Virus record (IMG/VR): IMGVR_UViG_3300049846_001037
Coordinates: 141,427 to 205,426 of that record
Length of the DNA: 64,000 nt
Direction: 5' to 3' (one strand)
Shown piece after piece: positions 1 to 10,031 of this stretch. Positions within the stretch are counted from its first letter, which is position 1. Each line of letters starts with the position of its first letter. A model generated the notes under the pieces. The model did not search any database. It was not told the DNA's origin and saw only the letters and a list, made by a program, of their open reading frames with translations. A program made the position numbers and the translations under genes.

Positions 1-892
1 TCGGGTCCACAGAATCGCTGAGGTCATACTTGATGTCTGCAAACTTACGAGCATCCACCTTGATAAACTTGTGGATAACCTTACTAGTTACTGACACCTC
101 AACAAAGCCCTTGTCCTCAGTGGCCTCATTGAAGTCCACCCTGTTGTTTGAGCCGCAGTAGACAATGAGTGGCTTCTCTGACAAGACCTGATATCTATGC
201 AGATGACCCATTGCAACATAAAGATAGTCCTTGCCTTCAAAGACGGACTTATCTACTACTGGTTCTGCCATCCTGTCAAAGTTGACCTGCTCTCCGCCCA
301 TCGTTGCGTTGTTGATGGAAAAGTGTCCAGCGAAGACAATGGGAGCATTCTTGTCTCTGGTCTCATAGACATCATTGATTGTTTGGACCATGTATTGCTC
401 GACTTCCTTTACATTCTCTAACCTCAACAGGCTTCTGATGGGATAGGGCATTGTCTGAACCTGCACCTTCTGTCCCTTAATGTTGAGGCTGACTATCTCT
501 GGCTTAGAAGACAGAACAAAGCTATCACTCTTGATCTTTGCCGACCTCTGTAGGAAGTTGATGATCCTGTCAACAGCCATGATAGAGTAAGACCTTCTAT
601 CTGACATGAAGACATCGTGGTTTCCCAGCACCACAACGGTAGGTATCTCGTTCTCGATGAGTTTCAGAATGCCCTCAGAGAAGGCATCCAGTTCATCTGG
701 TCCTGGGTTCTTTGTCCTAAAGATGTCGCCTGGTATCAGACAGAAGTCCATCTTGTTGCTTACGATATAGTCAATGGACTGCTGGAAGGTCTTCACGAAG
801 TCTAGGAACCTTGCATTGGCTCCACCCTTCTCGACCTTTCCCTGATACATACCAATGTGGATGTCGGCTATATGAGCAAACTTGAAATTCAA
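1..892 (-). CDS. sbcD: SbcD/Mre11-family metallophosphoesterase nuclease (runs off window edge)
   Basis: Not in the ORF track. Manual translation from TTG at 892 gives MNFKFAHIADIHIG...PGDIF...LGNHD, later GHLHRYQ. TTGA overlap with the stop of the upstream gene. Confidence 0.85.
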   Translation of the reverse strand, partial: MNFKFAHIADIHIGMYQGKVEKGGANARFLDFVKTFQQSIDYIVSNKMDFCLIPGDIFRTKNPGPDELDAFSEGILKLIENEIPTVVVLGNHDVFMSDRRSYSIMAVDRIINFLQRSAKIKSDSFVLSSKPEIVSLNIKGQKVQVQTMPYPIRSLLRLENVKEVEQYMVQTINDVYETRDKNAPIVFAGHFSINNATMGGEQVNFDRMAEPVVDKSVFEGKDYLYVAMGHLHRYQVLSEKPLIVYCGSNNRVDFNEATEDKGFVEVSVTSKVIHKFIKVDARKFADIKYDLSDSVDP

Positions 893-1437
893 ACCTTGGC
901 CCTCTTCATTATTTGAGTTGCGAAGATATCAATCTCTTTAACGTCTGTATTGTCAGGGTTATTGAAGAACATGTTCATGTCCTTGAGACAGTCATCTACA
1001 ACATGATCGTGTCCAGGGTGTTTCTTGAGCCAATCCCTGAGGTAGACCCTTAATTCGAAGTCTATCTCGTCACTGTGTCTTACTGGGTCAATCCTCGGCT
1101 TGCTTATGTTCTTGAGGATGGTATCAACGGCAAACTTGCTGCTGGTAACGTCAATATCGTCCTTGAACCTATCCAAGATTTCCTGTCTATCAAGACCCTC
1201 TTCGCCCATCATGAACTCAACGACTGAGCCAGATTGGTCACAACCAAAGCAATGGAACCTGTTTGTTCCAACATATATCTTGAACGAGCCAGTCTTCTCG
1301 TTATGGAATGGGCACCTCATTCCATAGCGGTCATCGGTCTCTTTCTTGGGGTTAAAACCATAGCTCTCTATGACATCAACAATCGAAAAACTCTTATTGA
1401 TGAAGTCTTGCAGAGCCTTGATTTGCTCCTTATTCAT
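889..1437 (-). CDS. CHC2 zinc-finger (DNA primase Zn-binding domain) protein without TOPRIM domain
   Basis: CPFHNEKTGSF...FHCFGC motif. Likely start MNKEQ at 1437, overlapping the helicase stop. Confidence 0.8.
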   Translation of the reverse strand: MNKEQIKALQDFINKSFSIVDVIESYGFNPKKETDDRYGMRCPFHNEKTGSFKIYVGTNRFHCFGCDQSGSVVEFMMGEEGLDRQEILDRFKDDIDVTSSKFAVDTILKNISKPRIDPVRHSDEIDFELRVYLRDWLKKHPGHDHVVDDCLKDMNMFFNNPDNTDVKEIDIFATQIMKRAKV

Positions 1438-2809
1438 CAATGATGCTCTCTGAGTTGGTCTTGTCTTCGGTGTCTTGAACCAAGGCTTTGGTAAAGTCAA
1501 TGGCCATAGACCAAGTAATACCAGCCGAAGTCCTACGAGCCTTGATTAGCTTTATGTTCATTAGATTGAACTCTGGCAGAGACCTGATATACATGGCGAA
1601 GTCTGGTTTCTCAGCCGCCACCTTTGATCTGCCGAAGTCAGTAACGGAGATGTCCTCGAACTTCTTGTCAAAGGTCTCGGTCTTGGCTTGGTGGGTGCTG
1701 ATAACAACAACGCCTCTGTTATCGTAGGTCTGAGCAAAGTCCTTGAACTCCATGATGATCTGAGCAACCTTGAGATTGTCCTTGTCCTCAACACTCGGAT
1801 AGTAAGGAGAGATATGCTCCAATGAGTCGATGACTATGACATCTGGGATGAAGTCATGCTTCAACTTCAAGTCCTCAATGTAACTCTCGACGGTGTTAAC
1901 GTTGTCTGAGGTCTTGAGGAACTTGGTGATGATCCTATTTGGACGCCTCTTGGTCTCTTCCACGAAGGCATCTAAAGCAGCCCTGTCTGCATCATTGAGA
2001 TATTCCCTACCATTCATGATGGAGCTGTAGTCTACGTTTGTGGCACGGGAGTAGATACGCTCATCGAACTCTGACGGCTGCATTTCGCAGGTCAACAGCA
2101 AGACGTTGGCTTTGTCTTTCCATAGGTTGTAGACGATGTTTGTCAACACCATCGACTTACCCTGGTTGATGTTGCCAAGAATCATGAGAACATCGCCGTA
2201 CCTCAGACCCTTGGTGTCATTGTCAAATCTGCGATGACCTATCTTGAATCGCTTCTCGTTTGAAATGTCCTTGGACTTGATATGCTCGATGTTTTCCTTG
2301 GACTGAGAGGTGGTGAAGCTATACTCGCCCTCGTCGTCAGAACTTATGGCATCGCTTATCTTCATGAACTGCTTGCCGAAGTTATTGATGTCTTTGGCAA
2401 GATCAGCCACCTTAGATATCTTGCTTCGGTCTATGGCAGTGTATTTGTTGAGGTTGTCGGTAAAGCTGGACTGCATCCAGGCCATACGCAGATTGTCAAC
2501 CAGAGCATTGAACTCGTTCTCGGTTGGCTTGTCCTCGGCCTCACCCACCTGCTTGATGACCTTGAACCTGATGAAGAGCTTTGCACCCATTGGGTTGCCC
2601 TGATTCTGCTCATATATCATCCTCATGCTCGGCACTTCCTTGTGGAGCATGTACCAATCAAAGTATTCTTTGATGATATGTGTGGCAACCTCGTCTTCCG
2701 TGAAAAGCTTCATGAAAGACTTATTCGACAAAGCCTTCTTCAAGCATTTCTCACTTACCGTCATCAGGTAAATGACCTTATTTTGGACCTCTTCCATCCC
2801 TAGCATCAT
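1430..2809 (-). CDS. dnaB: DnaB-like replicative helicase
   Basis: Walker A GNINQGKS, LTCEM, VIVIDSLE, STHQ and KARR motifs; 459 aa. Confidence 0.85.
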   Translation of the reverse strand: MMLGMEEVQNKVIYLMTVSEKCLKKALSNKSFMKLFTEDEVATHIIKEYFDWYMLHKEVPSMRMIYEQNQGNPMGAKLFIRFKVIKQVGEAEDKPTENEFNALVDNLRMAWMQSSFTDNLNKYTAIDRSKISKVADLAKDINNFGKQFMKISDAISSDDEGEYSFTTSQSKENIEHIKSKDISNEKRFKIGHRRFDNDTKGLRYGDVLMILGNINQGKSMVLTNIVYNLWKDKANVLLLTCEMQPSEFDERIYSRATNVDYSSIMNGREYLNDADRAALDAFVEETKRRPNRIITKFLKTSDNVNTVESYIEDLKLKHDFIPDVIVIDSLEHISPYYPSVEDKDNLKVAQIIMEFKDFAQTYDNRGVVVISTHQAKTETFDKKFEDISVTDFGRSKVAAEKPDFAMYIRSLPEFNLMNIKLIKARRTSAGITWSMAIDFTKALVQDTEDKTNSESIIDE

Positions 2810-3579
2810 TGTCCCACCTTGTTTCTGAAATCGTCATCAAAGACATTTGTGAAATGCCAATTCTTGCTGCTCATAATAGACAGCACACTTAGACCATAGC
2901 GGGTCTTTATCTCGTTCTTAACCTCTGGCTTTTCCCAGGGGCGGTTATTGATCGAGTCATAAAGGTTGGCAAGCAAGATGACTGGCTTACCACCACGCTT
3001 CTTCAATACATGTATCTCCAACAGTCTGCGGGCAGAATCCTTGTCTATCTCTGCCATCTCAGACTCTTTGCCGAGTTCGTCTAGGACAAGAATATCTACG
3101 GTTGAGAAAAGCTTGTCGTAATACTCCTTCACCTCATCTGCCTTGTAGCCCTTCTTCGAAAAGGCTTCGCAGATGATGGGGAAGAACTCATAGTGAACTG
3201 TGAACTTGTTTTTGACTGCTGCTTTTAGGATTTCAATGGATAGCATGGTCTTGCCGGTACCGTTGGGACCATACATGAGGAGGTTGTGTCCCTCGTTGAC
3301 GAAACGATGAATGTCCTGAGTGATGCCATGTATCTTCTTCTTGATAATGGCTTTCTCTTCATCGGTCTCTTTGAAGGAATCAAGCGTGAGGTCGTAGTAT
3401 TCTCTTGGGATGTTTGCTGCATCCAAGTTGGTGTACAGCATCATCTTCTTAAGACACTCGCATTGCACGGCGTCTTTCTCTACTTGGCCATCCTTCCACT
3501 CCCTTTCTGGGCTGAAAAGAAAACCCTTACCTTTACAGACCTTGCACTGTTCTCTCAGATACGTGAATTTGTTTTTCAT
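2806..3579 (-). CDS. DnaC/IstB-like AAA+ helicase loader
   Basis: N-terminal CxxC...CxC, Walker A GPNGTGKT, Walker B LVLDELG; adjacent to DnaB. Confidence 0.8.
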   Translation of the reverse strand: MKNKFTYLREQCKVCKGKGFLFSPEREWKDGQVEKDAVQCECLKKMMLYTNLDAANIPREYYDLTLDSFKETDEEKAIIKKKIHGITQDIHRFVNEGHNLLMYGPNGTGKTMLSIEILKAAVKNKFTVHYEFFPIICEAFSKKGYKADEVKEYYDKLFSTVDILVLDELGKESEMAEIDKDSARRLLEIHVLKKRGGKPVILLANLYDSINNRPWEKPEVKNEIKTRYGLSVLSIMSSKNWHFTNVFDDDFRNKVGQ

Positions 3580-4471
3580 TTAACCCTTCCAAGAATTTAT
3601 CCAATATTGCCCCGCTGTAGGTTTCCTTGATCTTTGCTACAGCCTCATCTCTTCCCATTCCCTGTTTCTCTACATAGTAACGATACAGTGACTCTATCTT
3701 TCCAAGCTTTTGTTGTTCCGAAAAAACTACTGGCTTGGCGATGGGTGAGTTGACAGGTATTCCACTAAACAAGGCTCTATGGGCGCTGTTCCTCTGGTTG
3801 CCATAGAACTTCATACTTGAGACATCTGCGAACCTATTGTGCTGGTGAGCCCTCTTGATGATGTGCTCGAACATCTTCTTGGTCTGTTCGGCAGTATCGC
3901 CAGTCCTCTGCATAATCTTCTTGAGAGCAGAGGCTTCTACGACCAAGTTGTAAGATGAGTAGTTGCCACCAAAAGTCTGGTTCAATATCTTGTAGTAGTA
4001 AAAGACAAGCGATGGAGCCGTTTCCTTTGTTGGTTCGCCTTCCTCAAAGTTAAATGGCTTTGACTCAGAACTCCTGCGGATTGCCTTGACCCTCTGTTCT
4101 TCTGAGGCGTTGATAGCCTCAAGCAGATGCGGTCTGTTGTCTGCAGGAATCAAACCAGCCGAAATGCACTTGTCGGCAAGTTCTATCATCTCTTCTTTCT
4201 TTAGGTCTTTGGGAAAGAGAAACGATACGCCATCCTTCCTCTTCTTGCGTTCTATCAGATTGCAAATAGCCAAAGCATTGATCTCTTCATGTACGACCTT
4301 TGCTGGCAGCTTGGTTATGCTTATTAGGTTCTCTAGCGGGACAGACTTGCTATCTCCGCTGGCTATCCTCATTAAAAAAAGCTGATAGTGGATGCCGAAG
4401 GCTGCAAGCGAGAGAAATGGCCCGTAGTTGTAGGTCATTTGCTCTATGTATCTATGTGACTTATCACTCAT
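3533..4471 (-). CDS. hypothetical protein, possible replication initiator
   Basis: 312 aa. Lies directly upstream of the loader and helicase; N-terminal segment looks wHTH-like. Confidence 0.4.
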   Translation of the reverse strand: MSDKSHRYIEQMTYNYGPFLSLAAFGIHYQLFLMRIASGDSKSVPLENLISITKLPAKVVHEEINALAICNLIERKKRKDGVSFLFPKDLKKEEMIELADKCISAGLIPADNRPHLLEAINASEEQRVKAIRRSSESKPFNFEEGEPTKETAPSLVFYYYKILNQTFGGNYSSYNLVVEASALKKIMQRTGDTAEQTKKMFEHIIKRAHQHNRFADVSSMKFYGNQRNSAHRALFSGIPVNSPIAKPVVFSEQQKLGKIESLYRYYVEKQGMGRDEAVAKIKETYSGAILDKFLEGLNEKQIHVSERTVQGL

Positions 4472-6285
4472 AGTAGGTCTTTGATGTTTTTGTGGTTAAG
4501 AACCAGTCTCTCAACCTGATCCTCAGCAAGTCCGTCAATCACCCTGTCGAAGAGTTTCTGCTTTCTAGTGTTAGCAGCCAGAACTCTTTCCTCGACAGTA
4601 TCCCTACAAATCAGGTTAAGGACAAATATCTTTTCACGCTCTTGACCGATTCTCTCAATACGACTAATTCTCTGCTCATTGGTGGCAGGGTTGAACGAGA
4701 GATCGTAGTTGATTATAACCCCAGCCTTCTGCAAATTCAAACCAGCCTTGCCTGCATCTGTCGATAAAAACAGCTTGACCTGCTCTTCTTCATCGTTGAA
4801 TTTTGCCATTAGCTTCTTGCGGGTATCACACAACTTGTCATCTTTATAGTAGGGACAATTGATACAAACAGCCTTCTTCTTCTCGTCATCTAAAAGTATA
4901 TCTAATTTTCTTTGCTCTAAGTTCTTGTTTTTCTTGAGGACATCACGCTCTATCTCTCTCTCATACTTGCAGTCATTCTTGACCTGTCCATGCAAGTGTA
5001 CGCTCTTCAACCCAATGTTCTGGGCAATGATGTCTCCCATTCTCTTGTATTGGGTAAAGATAACAATCTTCTCTTCTGGCGGGAAACCTTTGATGATATT
5101 TTTCAGTTCATCAAACTTAGAAGAAGTTATCTTTTGCCTTTCTATCACAAGATTGAGGGCATCGCAGACTTCCCTCAAATAAGTCATCTGCGCCATGGCA
5201 TGTATCTTCTTTATCTTGCCAGTCTCCATGTCCTCAAGAATGCCGCTCTTGATCTCCTCATACTTATCACGCTCTTCTTTGGTGAGTTCTATGTAGAAGT
5301 GATTGGTGACTCTCTCTGGAAGATCGTCAAGGACATCACGCTTCTTTCTTCTGAACATGACAAACGAGAGTTTCTTGTTAAGTTCATCTAGGTTCCTGAA
5401 CTTGCCTGGCACAATCTGCTTGTATTGGTTGACTTGGCAGTAGCGGTATTTGAAGGTAGTCTCGTCCACGCCAAAGATCTTGGGATTGATGAACTTCATG
5501 ATGGTGAACAAATCCATTACATCGTTCTCAATGGGTGTTCCCGTCAAACCGACTCTATGGGCGCAATTCAACTGCTCCATAGCCTTGAAGGTTTCGGTCT
5601 TGTAGTTCTTGATTCGCTGTATCTCATCGCATATCACGATGTCCCAAGCAGTCTTCTTTAGTTCCTCAATGTCCCTATACACCAAGTCATAGTTCATGAT
5701 GGTGAAGTTGGTCTGGCGGCCGTACTTAGCAAGGCGGTCTGGACCTGATGGGATAATCGTGTAGGAGTAGTCCGTAAAACGAGCCAACTGAATCGCCCAC
5801 TCATACTTGAGGGACGCTGGGGCAACCACAAGAATCCTCAGATCCTTTGGTGATTTGCGTATGTTCTGAGAAGCATGTGAAATGGATGTGATGGTCTTAC
5901 CAAGACCCATGTCCATGCCGAGTAAGCCGTTGCCGATGACATCAAGAAACTTAGAGCCCACCTTCTGAAAAGGATAGAGCTTCACATCAGGCTTTAGCCC
6001 AATGATCTGGTATTCAAGGTCTTTGTTTTCGGCAAGTTCTTTGGTTTTTTTGTATTCGTTGATTACGGAGACGTACTTCTGTCGGGCAGGCTCGGTCATG
6101 ACTGCTTCGAGCCCGTTTTCTTTGAGGATTTTCTTGAGGATGAAAAGGTCTAAAACAGGAAAGATCCAGACCTTCTCTTTGCGAAGATAAGTTCTAGAGG
6201 GTAGTTGTTGAGCTAATGCTGATATTGAATCGGAATACTCAAAGACGAACTTTAAGTTTTCCTCATCATACAAATCGATAACCAT
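4468..6285 (-). CDS. SNF2-family helicase/ATPase
   Basis: MDMGLGKT, VAPASLK, CDEIQ, LTGTPIEN, AGLNLQ and QRISRIERIGQ motifs. Confidence 0.9.
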   Translation of the reverse strand: MVIDLYDEENLKFVFEYSDSISALAQQLPSRTYLRKEKVWIFPVLDLFILKKILKENGLEAVMTEPARQKYVSVINEYKKTKELAENKDLEYQIIGLKPDVKLYPFQKVGSKFLDVIGNGLLGMDMGLGKTITSISHASQNIRKSPKDLRILVVAPASLKYEWAIQLARFTDYSYTIIPSGPDRLAKYGRQTNFTIMNYDLVYRDIEELKKTAWDIVICDEIQRIKNYKTETFKAMEQLNCAHRVGLTGTPIENDVMDLFTIMKFINPKIFGVDETTFKYRYCQVNQYKQIVPGKFRNLDELNKKLSFVMFRRKKRDVLDDLPERVTNHFYIELTKEERDKYEEIKSGILEDMETGKIKKIHAMAQMTYLREVCDALNLVIERQKITSSKFDELKNIIKGFPPEEKIVIFTQYKRMGDIIAQNIGLKSVHLHGQVKNDCKYEREIERDVLKKNKNLEQRKLDILLDDEKKKAVCINCPYYKDDKLCDTRKKLMAKFNDEEEQVKLFLSTDAGKAGLNLQKAGVIINYDLSFNPATNEQRISRIERIGQEREKIFVLNLICRDTVEERVLAANTRKQKLFDRVIDGLAEDQVERLVLNHKNIKDLL

Positions 6286-6543
6286 TTATAGAAACCTGTA
6301 TGGCCCCTTTAAACTAGCCCCTGAATTTCTCTTGTCAGGGTTATTGTTGACAGATCCTTTGTAGGATGGCGCAGTCTTACTTGGTTGACCGTGGTCCGTC
6401 TTCAAGTCATTCCATTCATTGAAGACCCCACATCCACATCTTGGACAATTCACATATGGCTTTTGACCAATCACGAAATTCGGAAAGGTTACATCCAGTC
6501 CACAGTTGTTACAGAGGATTGTGTTTGACTTGTCGCCCTTCAT
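6286..6543 (-). CDS. small zinc-ribbon protein
   Basis: CNNC...CPRC. Confidence 0.5.
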   Translation of the reverse strand: MKGDKSNTILCNNCGLDVTFPNFVIGQKPYVNCPRCGCGVFNEWNDLKTDHGQPSKTAPSYKGSVNNNPDKRNSGASLKGPYRFL

Positions 6544-6863
6544 GATATGAACACTCTCCCAAACCTATTGATTTCCATTTTAGCACGTCCAACATTACCA
6601 TCAAGGCTGAGGCATAGACCAAAAAAGCCATCTTCCATCAGCTTGCATATGACTATGACATCCTTGAAGTAGCATATCATCTCATTGAGGTCTTGCAGAT
6701 GCTTGAACGAAGACACGCAATTCGCTGCGAACAACTCGCTATCTATCTTTGAAGATCTCTTCCCGCTTCTATAAATCATGATGCCATCGTAGCCGCAAAA
6801 GAATGCTTCTTGGGCTCCGTCTACGTCCAAAACAATTTTTTCAAGTTTTTCTTGGCTTGTCAT
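6540..6863 (-). CDS. Roadblock/LC7 (MglB-like) domain protein
   Basis: LEKIVLDVDGAQEAFFCGYDGIMI and GNVGRAKMEI pattern; about 107 aa. Confidence 0.6.
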   Translation of the reverse strand: MTSQEKLEKIVLDVDGAQEAFFCGYDGIMIYRSGKRSSKIDSELFAANCVSSFKHLQDLNEMICYFKDVIVICKLMEDGFFGLCLSLDGNVGRAKMEINRFGRVFIS

Positions 6864-7323
6864 GTTCTTCCCACGGGTAAACCACCCACTCTTTTGCCTG
6901 AAGGTCGCCAATGTGGTAGGTTGGCTTATGGGTAGAGTGAGAGTCTAGGTGTAGACATGCCGTGTCTACGTTTTTGATGTCATTATCGACCTTGACGGCG
7001 GCCTTGATAGCAGCCTTGATCGTTTCACCACTTCTAATGACATTATCCACAAATAGAACTTTGTGGTGTGGCTTAATGAAACCTATTTGAGATATGTAGA
7101 GATCGCTCTCTGTTCTGCCTAACTTAGATCTAGTCTTCTTATCGTAGTTGAGGACCGAAACAACACCGTGCTTGGCTGATAGCATCTCGGAGAGAATGAC
7201 ACCTGGAATACAGCCGCCCCTATTTATGCTTACTACCCACTCATATTTTTTGTCGCCTATCTTCTCTCTTAATTGCTTTGTAAGACTATCAATATCCGCC
7301 CAAGTTAGGTGTTTCTCCTGCAT
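6841..7323 (-). CDS. type I phosphoribosyltransferase (purine salvage-like)
   Basis: SINRGGCIPG, PRPP loop VLFVDNVIRSGET, C-terminal WVVYPWE. Confidence 0.8.
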   Translation of the reverse strand: MQEKHLTWADIDSLTKQLREKIGDKKYEWVVSINRGGCIPGVILSEMLSAKHGVVSVLNYDKKTRSKLGRTESDLYISQIGFIKPHHKVLFVDNVIRSGETIKAAIKAAVKVDNDIKNVDTACLHLDSHSTHKPTYHIGDLQAKEWVVYPWEEHDKPRKT

Positions 7324-7975
7324 TAGTTGAAGCCCCTTTGATGATATTTATGGAACTAGAAGTTCCAAGTCTATTAGCACCGGCGTCTACTAACTGTTTT
7401 GCAAATTCATATGTTTTGATACCACCCGAAGCCTTAATCAAAATGCGGTCTCCGACATGGTTCTTGATCTTGAGAATGTCTTCTGCTGTTACATTGCGTG
7501 GACCATATCCAGTACACGTCTTGATGAAATCTATCTTGTGCCTAATGAGAAGGTCTGCAATCTTGAATAGTTCAATGTCTGTGAGGTAGCCAACTTCAAC
7601 AATGTACTTGATGGTGTTGCCGGTTTCACCCCTGATAGCCTTTATCTCCTGCTCAACATTTGCCCAAGCCCCACTCTTGATGGCTGAGATGTTTGCCACA
7701 ACGTCAAACTCATCTACGAAGACATCGTAGATAGAAACGACTTCTGTTTTTGCGTTGAATGAGAGATTGCCGTGTGGAAAGTCAACGACAGTGGCTATCT
7801 TGACTTCGGTATCATACTGGTCCAAAAAGTTTCTAGCAAATCCGACCCAATAAGGAGTTACACAAACTGAGTAGAACTTGTTATCAATTGCTTCTTGGCA
7901 CAAAGCCTTAATATCATTAGTTGTTGCGTCTGGCTTTAGAAAAGTATGATCAATGAGGGAGTTTATGGTAGACAT
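7289..7975 (-). CDS. deoC: deoxyribose-phosphate aldolase
   Basis: IDHTFLKP, VVDFPHG, FIKTCTG, IKASGGI and RLGTSS motifs. Confidence 0.92.
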   Translation of the reverse strand: MSTINSLIDHTFLKPDATTNDIKALCQEAIDNKFYSVCVTPYWVGFARNFLDQYDTEVKIATVVDFPHGNLSFNAKTEVVSIYDVFVDEFDVVANISAIKSGAWANVEQEIKAIRGETGNTIKYIVEVGYLTDIELFKIADLLIRHKIDFIKTCTGYGPRNVTAEDILKIKNHVGDRILIKASGGIKTYEFAKQLVDAGANRLGTSSSINIIKGASTNAGETPNLGGY

Positions 7976-8061
7976 GCCCTATTATACTTGTTTTCTATAA
8001 AGTTCTCAAAAGCAAAATCCCATGACTTTTACATCATGGGATCCTGCTTTTGATTTTTACC

Positions 8062-8751
8062 TTACGCTGCTGTGCCGTTCTGGGTTGGCATTACTGGATG
8101 TGGACCAGGCTGAATCTCGGCATCGCTTCTATCTTGGATTGAAGATGTTGGAAGACCAAATGGGCCAGAGAAAGCAGCGCCATTCTGCCAGTGATCTTCT
8201 GGAGCATTGGCCTCGGCGGTGTCAACAAGATTCTGATTGATGGTCTTGTCGTCAACTGAACCAGTGACTCTTGAAGTCTCAACACCCTTCTGGCTAATAG
8301 TTACATCTGCAGCCATAGTAGCGCTTACAGTCCTGACGGCACCAGGCAAATTGACGGGAAGTTCTACGTCAACCTGGGATCTGGTCAAGTTGCTGTAGTA
8401 TCCGTTAGCTGGTGAGCTAACTGCTGCAGATGTCGTCTGAGCAACCTTCTCTCCATTAACATCAGCAGAAGAATCATCTTGAATCGACTGTGGGTTAGTG
8501 GATGAGGTTGTAACAGCCTTGCTGGATCCAGTAGAGGCATCCTTAATCGTAGCAGACGGGCTGACGGCGGCATTCGAGAAGCTTTGTACGCCTCTGTCAA
8601 CAACGCCACCAAGCGAATTGTTTACAAATCCGCCTAGTCCGTTAATGTTCGAGTTTGAGCCTTGAGCAGTTCCAATGTTCTGAACGACGCCAATGGAAGC
8701 AAGTTGTCCTCTTGAAACTGGGGCTGTGATTTCTGGTTGGGTTCTGGCCAT
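8062..8751 (-). CDS. hypothetical Ser/Thr/Gly-rich protein
   Basis: 229-aa ORF with GAGG RBS and an upstream TTTATA-class promoter motif. Confidence 0.55.
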   Translation of the reverse strand: MARTQPEITAPVSRGQLASIGVVQNIGTAQGSNSNINGLGGFVNNSLGGVVDRGVQSFSNAAVSPSATIKDASTGSSKAVTTSSTNPQSIQDDSSADVNGEKVAQTTSAAVSSPANGYYSNLTRSQVDVELPVNLPGAVRTVSATMAADVTISQKGVETSRVTGSVDDKTINQNLVDTAEANAPEDHWQNGAAFSGPFGLPTSSIQDRSDAEIQPGPHPVMPTQNGTAA

Positions 8752-8852
8752 TTTTTCCTCCGATGGCTGAAATAACTAAAATAGAACTTTCTCAATATAA
8801 TACTTTTCTATAAAAAAAAGCCTATATTGAAAAAGTCTATTTAGTTATACTT

Positions 8853-9458
8853 TCATTCAGCGTTACGGCGGCCAAATGCTGGAGCCTTTTCAGCGGTCTT
8901 TGCAGCCACTCTAGGATCAACATTTTGCAGTCTTTCAATGACGGCAGCAGGAGGAGCCTCAACAAACATGTTGGTTATCTTGCTCTCGTCCTCAGTCGTA
9001 ACCTCAGAAACCTTTATTTTGCCCTCAATTGCAGCAACAAGCGGGTCATTGGCGGCTGACGCACCACGGGCTTCCTGTGGGCTGACTGCTTCCTTACCCT
9101 CTTGCTCAAAGTACTCCTTCGTATATCCAACGAAGATGCCATTGCTGGCCAAAAGGTTCTTGGTAATGTCGCTGATGCGGGCCTCGGTCTTGCAGAAGGG
9201 GCAGCGAACCTTATTGTCGTTCTTGTCAACCTCAGCGCTGAACGACTTCTGGCATTGCTGATTCTCGCAAGATGCCAAAATGCCATTGGGAGGAAGAACC
9301 AAGTCGCTCTTCTCCAAGATGTCCCTTCTATCCTTCATCATCTGCTTGGCAAATGACGTTACAGCAACCTCACCCTTACAGGTGGTGCAGATAACCTTGT
9401 CTGCATCTAGATCCAACTTGGCTTCTGAGGTGCCGCACTTCTCACAAGATACTATCAT
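8853..9458 (-). CDS. multi-zinc-ribbon protein
   Basis: Four Cys pairs: CEKC, CTTC, CENQQC, CPFC. Confidence 0.55.
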   Translation of the reverse strand: MIVSCEKCGTSEAKLDLDADKVICTTCKGEVAVTSFAKQMMKDRRDILEKSDLVLPPNGILASCENQQCQKSFSAEVDKNDNKVRCPFCKTEARISDITKNLLASNGIFVGYTKEYFEQEGKEAVSPQEARGASAANDPLVAAIEGKIKVSEVTTEDESKITNMFVEAPPAAVIERLQNVDPRVAAKTAEKAPAFGRRNAE

Positions 9459-9470
9459 GATTTTCTCCTG

Positions 9471-10016
9471 TTATATTAGTTCTAGCTGTGATATTGAGAG
9501 AACAATGCTGTTGATGTCACCGCTAAAGAACGATGAGCATATCTTGACCTTGGTCTCTCTATTTGTTGCCTTGTGTATTTCTTGAACGATACCCTCAAAG
9601 CCAGAGAATGGACCATCAGTTACCTTGACCCGATCCTCTATCTTGATGTTCTCGTTGTTTTCCTCTGCTCTATCATCGTGGCTGGAAATTTCCTGTAACA
9701 CTACCATCATCTCTTCATCGGGGACGTGAGCATACACTCTGCGTTTCTCTTTGACATCAGCCATATTCAAAATGCCTGGTATCAGAGATACAGTAGAGAA
9801 GACAGTTTCCTTGTCCATGTCTTCACATGCGATGAATACGTATCCAGGATATAGCTTCTCAGCGTAGTTGTAGAGCTTATCCTTGTAGAACCTACTCTTC
9901 TGAGATATGGGAACGATGACCTTCTTTCTTACTTCCCGTAACGTCTCAGTAGTCTCTATCGTATTCTTGATCTTCTGTTCAAACCCGCTTGTAATGTTTA
10001 CAACATACCAATTCAA
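9471..10016 (-). CDS. nusG: NusG-family transcription elongation/antitermination factor
   Basis: NWYVVNITSGFE, LYPGYVF, KOW motif RVKVTDGPFSGFEGIV. Confidence 0.88.
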   Translation of the reverse strand: MNWYVVNITSGFEQKIKNTIETTETLREVRKKVIVPISQKSRFYKDKLYNYAEKLYPGYVFIACEDMDKETVFSTVSLIPGILNMADVKEKRRVYAHVPDEEMMVVLQEISSHDDRAEENNENIKIEDRVKVTDGPFSGFEGIVQEIHKATNRETKVKICSSFFSGDINSIVLSISQLELI

Positions 10017-10031
10017 GTGTAGTCACCCCGC

